Shown: piece by piece, positions 55,848-60,346 of the stretch
How the letters are laid out: each line of letters opens with the position of its first letter
Numbering within the stretch: the stretch's first letter is position 1
Source: Sulfurimonadaceae bacterium
GTDB lineage: Bacteria > Campylobacterota > Campylobacteria > Campylobacterales > Sulfurimonadaceae
Assembly (NCBI GenBank): GCA_041571435.1
Contig: JBFFUI010000009.1
Coordinates: 1-60,346 of the forward strand
Length of the DNA stretch: 60,346 nt
Direction of reading: 5' to 3'
Notes under the pieces: generated by a model
The model's input: the letters and a program-made list of their open reading frames with translations, nothing else
Databases searched by the model: none
Told to the model about the DNA's origin: nothing
Made by a program: the position numbers and the translations under genes

Positions 55848-58118
55848 ATTTTACGCGACACACTTTTTATTACAGTTTTTGGAGTACTCTTTTATCTGGC
55901 GATGGCCACCATCCTTGGCGACTCGGGTATTATCGGCAGTTTTGGGGCTGATTTTGCTGCACTCAACCAAAAGCTCTTCGGCTACCTCTCCTATATCTAC
56001 CTGTTTGTTGCCGGTATAGGTGCCTATTTCCTCTATAGACGTCAAGGTTTTGATGTCAGACGTGCCGAGATCACGGTTGCCTACATCCTGCTCTTCTTTT
56101 CGCTTCAGATCTTTCAGGCAACGGTTACAACCGGCGATCTCCGCGGTCTGGTAGGTTCCGGATTTGTGGATTTTACGGTCGGTTACATCGGCTTTTTCGG
56201 GGTCTGGATCTTTTTCCTGATGACGTTTATTCTCTCTCTGGGCATGATATTTGACAAAAGTGTCGGGGAGATGGCGCAGCCGCTCAGAGAGGCCGGTTCG
56301 CGCATGTCACTGACTTCATTCTCAGAAAAAGCTGCAGAAGACGAAGAGAAGGTCATAGTAGTGAAACCGCTTCGTAAACGAACAGCCGCAGAAAAGGCAA
56401 AGGACGAAGAGTTCCTCGAAACAGCTGAACTCAGAGATGAACTGGACACACCTGCCTACTTGCGAAAACATGAAGATGAAGCGATCGAGACCGAAGCCAA
56501 GATCCGCCTCATAAAAGCCAGCGAGGCCGACGATACCCTGGAAGCAGCGCCTCAAGAGGATGAAGCAGCACCTGCGGTCGAAGCGAAACCGCGCAACATC
56601 GTTGATGCGGCGAAGCAGATAAAAGAGCAGAAGCATACCGTTGTCGTCGACGAACTGGAAGAGAACAAAAAACTGCTCGAAGAGATAGAGACGGGAAAGA
56701 CCGAAAAGCCCAAGAACTTCAAGTTACCGTCGTTTAACTTTCTGCAGAAAGCACCGAAGCAGGGCAACAAGATCGATGAAGCAGAACTTGACGCAAAGAT
56801 CAGCGACCTGATAGACAAACTACAGCACTTCAAGATCGACGGTGACGTAACGCGTACCTATGCCGGACCGGTTGTCTCGACGTTTGAATTCAAGCCGGGA
56901 CCGAACATCAAGGTCTCCAAGATATTGAACCTGCAAGATGACCTGGCTATGGCGCTTAAAGCGGAGACGATCCGTATACAGGCACCGATCCCCGGCAAAG
57001 ACGTTGTCGGGATAGAGATTCCAAACAAAACGGTCGAGACCATCTATCTGCGCGACCTTTTGGAGAGTAAACTGTTCCAAGAGGCGTCCTCACCGCTTAC
57101 GATCGTTTTGGGTAAAGACATTGTCGGCAAACCTTTTATTACCGATCTTAAAAAGCTGCCGCACCTGCTGATCGCCGGGACGACAGGATCGGGTAAATCG
57201 GTCGGTATCAACGCCATGATCTTGAGTCTTCTGTACCGCAATTCGCCTGATCAGCTGCGTCTGATGATGATCGACCCTAAAATGCTGGAATTCTCTATAT
57301 ACAATGACATCCCGCATCTTTTGACACCGGTTATTACGCAGGCTAAAAAAGCCATCGTCGCGCTGAACAACATGGTCTCCGAGATGGAACGCCGATACCG
57401 TATGATGAGCGAGACACGTACTAAAAATATTGAAAACTACAATGAAAAAGCGAAGAGAGAGGGGGGTGAGATATTCCCTTATATTGTCGTGATCATTGAC
57501 GAATTGGCAGACTTGATGATGACCAGCGGTAAAGATGTCGAGTTCTCTATCGGACGCCTTGCACAGATGGCGAGAGCATCCGGTATTCACCTTATTGTTG
57601 CAACGCAGCGTCCTTCAGTCGATGTCGTCACCGGCCTCATCAAAGCAAACCTGCCGTCGCGTATCTCGTATCGCGTAGGGCAGCGCATTGACTCCAAGAT
57701 CATCCTCGATCAACAGGGTGCCGAGTCACTTCTTGGTCGTGGGGACATGCTCTTTACACCTCCGGGTGCAACGGGTCTGGTGCGTCTGCATGCACCTTGG
57801 AGTACCGAAGAGGAGATTGAAAAGATCGTCGACTTCCTTAAGTCCCAGCGCGAACCGCAGTATGACAATCGCTTCTTGGCAGATGATACCGGTTCATCAT
57901 CCGGCGAGAGCGGCGATGCAACTGCCGGTGAAAAAGATGAACTTTATGATGAGGCAAAACAGATCGTTCTTACCGACAGAAAGACCTCCATCTCTTACCT
58001 TCAGCGTAAGCTTCAGATCGGGTATAACCGCTCAGCACGTTTGATCGAGCAACTTGAATCCCACGGCATTCTTTCTGAACCTAATGCTAAAGGAAACCGC
58101 GAGATCGTAGGCGGCTGA
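55848..58118 (+). CDS. ftsK: DNA translocase FtsK (probable ATT start at 55848; first ATG at 55902)
   Basis: N-terminal TMs, PHLLIAGTTGSGKS, IIDELAD, ATQRPS and gamma domain LQRKLQIGYNRSAR. Confidence 0.96.
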   Translation: MLRDTLFITVFGVLFYLAMATILGDSGIIGSFGADFAALNQKLFGYLSYIYLFVAGIGAYFLYRRQGFDVRRAEITVAYILLFFSLQIFQATVTTGDLRGLVGSGFVDFTVGYIGFFGVWIFFLMTFILSLGMIFDKSVGEMAQPLREAGSRMSLTSFSEKAAEDEEKVIVVKPLRKRTAAEKAKDEEFLETAELRDELDTPAYLRKHEDEAIETEAKIRLIKASEADDTLEAAPQEDEAAPAVEAKPRNIVDAAKQIKEQKHTVVVDELEENKKLLEEIETGKTEKPKNFKLPSFNFLQKAPKQGNKIDEAELDAKISDLIDKLQHFKIDGDVTRTYAGPVVSTFEFKPGPNIKVSKILNLQDDLAMALKAETIRIQAPIPGKDVVGIEIPNKTVETIYLRDLLESKLFQEASSPLTIVLGKDIVGKPFITDLKKLPHLLIAGTTGSGKSVGINAMILSLLYRNSPDQLRLMMIDPKMLEFSIYNDIPHLLTPVITQAKKAIVALNNMVSEMERRYRMMSETRTKNIENYNEKAKREGGEIFPYIVVIIDELADLMMTSGKDVEFSIGRLAQMARASGIHLIVATQRPSVDVVTGLIKANLPSRISYRVGQRIDSKIILDQQGAESLLGRGDMLFTPPGATGLVRLHAPWSTEEEIEKIVDFLKSQREPQYDNRFLADDTGSSSGESGDATAGEKDELYDEAKQIVLTDRKTSISYLQRKLQIGYNRSARLIEQLESHGILSEPNAKGNREIVGG

Positions 58119-58119
58119 G

Positions 58120-58575
58120 ATGGTCATCTTAGAGCTTTATCAAAAAGCGACGATGGCAGACTTTCTTATTAAGAATTACGATGATCTTGACGAGAATACC
58201 GTTCAAGAACTCATCGAATTCGCTGAGAGCCGTGGCGGCTTCTTCCGTGAAGACCTCAAGCGCTTTTCTATCCGAAAACGTGCACCCATAGAGTACCTTC
58301 AACAGATCTTCAAACGCTCAGGAATCGACGTTCAGATCATGGAACCTAAAACGGTCGTTGATGTCTTTGCAAACATCAGAAGCGGTCTGAACGTGCCGCA
58401 TGAAGCGGAAGAGATCATTGGATTTGGCAAGTATAAAGGTCAAAAGTGGGGTGAACTGCCTACAGAGTATCTTAAATGGGTACAAGGCACGATGCACGGT
58501 TATAATGCCGAGATCGCCAAGAAGGTGATGATCTATCGTAAAGCACTGGAGAGACAGGCTGAAGAGAGCAGATAG
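58120..58575 (+). CDS. Hypothetical protein with C-terminal DUF3820/ExoX-C-like motif
   Basis: IGFGKYKGQKWGELPTEYLKW; starts 1 nt after the ftsK stop. Confidence 0.75.
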   Translation: MVILELYQKATMADFLIKNYDDLDENTVQELIEFAESRGGFFREDLKRFSIRKRAPIEYLQQIFKRSGIDVQIMEPKTVVDVFANIRSGLNVPHEAEEIIGFGKYKGQKWGELPTEYLKWVQGTMHGYNAEIAKKVMIYRKALERQAEESR

Positions 58576-58647
58576 CAGTTACAACCGGTGAACGCGGTCA
58601 ACAGGTATATAATGTGACGCACTAAACAGATAGAGAGGGAAAAGAAT

Positions 58648-59178
58648 ATGGCCGTAGGATCAACGATCTATAAATGTCACTTGAACATCGCCGATATGGA
58701 CAGGCACTACTATGCGGAGCATAGTCTGACATTGGCGAAACACCCCTCCGAAAATGACCGTAGGCTTATGGTCCGTCTGACAGCCTTTGCCCTCAACGCC
58801 GGCGAACGGCTGGAGTTTACCAAAGGTATATCGCAAGATGACGAGCCTGATATATGGACGAAGTCGTTAAGCGGTGATATAGAGCTTTGGATCGATCTCG
58901 GACAGCCGGATGAGAAAAGGATCCGCAAAGCATGCGGACGGGCTGAGAAGGTGATCATCTATACGTATCAGGAGGGGAGTGCACTCGCTTGGTGGAAGCA
59001 GGCTGAAAAAAGTCTGAAACGTTTTAACAATCTCTCTGTCGTATACCTGCATATTGATGGTGATATCGATGCTCTGTCAACACGAACGATGGCACTGCAA
59101 TGCAATATCAGCGATGGTGAGTTGACCCTGCTTGATGATGAGCAGAGCGTGCAGGTGCGGCCGGAAGTGTGGAAATAG
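58648..59178 (+). CDS. yaeQ: YaeQ family protein
   Basis: AKHPSE..RLMVR, FTKGIS.DDEPDIW and WIDLGQPDEKRIRKA motifs. Confidence 0.93.
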   Translation: MAVGSTIYKCHLNIADMDRHYYAEHSLTLAKHPSENDRRLMVRLTAFALNAGERLEFTKGISQDDEPDIWTKSLSGDIELWIDLGQPDEKRIRKACGRAEKVIIYTYQEGSALAWWKQAEKSLKRFNNLSVVYLHIDGDIDALSTRTMALQCNISDGELTLLDDEQSVQVRPEVWK

Positions 59179-59704
59179 GGCAGAGTAATGCCGACAGCAA
59201 TAAAACACCGTGCACCATAAATAGGGTGCATACTAAATAATATCAACACGGTTTCGTATGGTATGCGCCCCTCTGTTCCAGATCAGTTTCTCTTTTGTGA
59301 TGCCTATCCCTTTACAAAATTATGATTGACGGTGTAAAGATCGGGCACGGTCTGTTTTTGACGTTTTACTTTTATAATCAAACTATATCGACAGCCTATG
59401 TTCCATTATTGTAAAATAGGCATTACACGATCGTAATGGGGCAAAGAGACGACCTCCAGTGTTCGGATGATTATGTTGACACGAAAATCGGGCTGACAGC
59501 AGAGTGAAATATGTGTAATAACGTAACATATGATTTGTTCACGATTTTTCTCTTACTGTGCAAGTACCCCAGCCAACAGTACTTGAAGCGCAGTGTATCA
59601 AAAATACACACTAATGGAATTTAGGTGTTTACTTTTGTAACATAATTTGTCATCCGTCAAAAAGCTTCGTTATAATCATGCAACTTATAAAATCAGGAGA
59701 CACT

Positions 59705-60346
59705 ATGGCTTTTTTAGAAGACTATAAAGCACATGTTGCAGAGCGCGAAACTTTGGGCGTTCCACCACTTCCACTTTCAGCTGAACAGACAGCAGAATTG
59801 ATCGAACTTATTAAGAGTGACTGTACAGAAGAGTTGCTAGACCTTCTAACGAACCGTATTGCACCGGGTGTTGATGATGCTGCTTATGTTAAAGCTGCAT
59901 TCCTGAACGATGTTGCTGCTGAAAACATCACTGTAGATGCCATCGCTCCTGAAAAAGCGGTTGAGATCATGGGCATGATGCTTGGCGGTTACAACGTTAA
60001 GCCGATGGTCGATGCACTTAGCTCAAGCAACAGTGCTGTTGTCGAAGCGGCAAAAACTGCGCTTAAGCACACACTTCTAGTCTATGATGCATTTAACGAC
60101 GTAGAAGAGCTTCACAAAGCGGGCAATGCTGCAGCGACTGAAGTCATGACGTCATGGGCAAATGCCGAGTGGTTCACATCTAAGCCAGAACTTGCAGAAG
60201 AGATGACCATTACAGTATTTAAAGTCCCTGGTGAGACAAATACAGATGACCTTTCTCCGGCATCAGAAGCGTTTACACGTTCAGATATCCCACTTCACGC
60301 GAACTCAATGTTGGGTGCGAAGATGGAAGATCCACTGGGTACGATC
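59705..60346 (+). CDS. acnB: Aconitate hydratase B, partial (runs off the window; not in ORF track)
   Basis: Manual translation MAFLEDYKAHVAERETLGVPPLPL...PGVDDAAYVKAAFL...MLGGYNV...PGETNTDDLSPA; AGGAG RBS, TATAAT at 59671. Confidence 0.95.
   Translation, partial: MAFLEDYKAHVAERETLGVPPLPLSAEQTAELIELIKSDCTEELLDLLTNRIAPGVDDAAYVKAAFLNDVAAENITVDAIAPEKAVEIMGMMLGGYNVKPMVDALSSSNSAVVEAAKTALKHTLLVYDAFNDVEELHKAGNAAATEVMTSWANAEWFTSKPELAEEMTITVFKVPGETNTDDLSPASEAFTRSDIPLHANSMLGAKMEDPLGTI

Noticed and set aside
59436-59500. c-di-GMP-I riboswitch (GGCAAA seen)
   Set aside because: The GNRA stem and second-stem consensus could not be identified

Overview
Chromosomal core-genome segment from a Campylobacterota bacterium, most like Sulfurimonas/Sulfurimonadaceae. 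This assignment is inferred from gene order (ubiX-coaD-tmk-hisS-speA-cysE-aspC; S4-trpD-tsaE-lptB; ilvB-ilvN-lpxD; thiL-truD-psd) and from the fused CcsBA. The window holds about 55 CDS, mostly housekeeping (polA, dnaJ, recR, ftsK, partial acnB, a type-E succinate/fumarate oxidoreductase), one tRNA-Leu(CAA) and a 6S RNA-like ncRNA not shown in the ORF track. No CRISPR array, IS element or prophage was seen. Most notable observations: (1) a pair of membrane proteins with SPOR-like domains and phosphorelay architecture in which every phospho-accepting His is substituted while the ATPase and receiver motifs are kept; (2) an orphan membrane DHp protein with His but no kinase domain; (3) a 6S RNA overlapping, antisense, the start of a PD-(D/E)xK-like gene; (4) several likely ATT/ATC/ATA starts, including ftsK; (5) a lipoprotein with a two-disulfide Kunitz domain next to a half-MreB protein; (6) rpoN and flgA both absent from their usual positions. 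All calls come from motif recognition by eye; no database searches were run.
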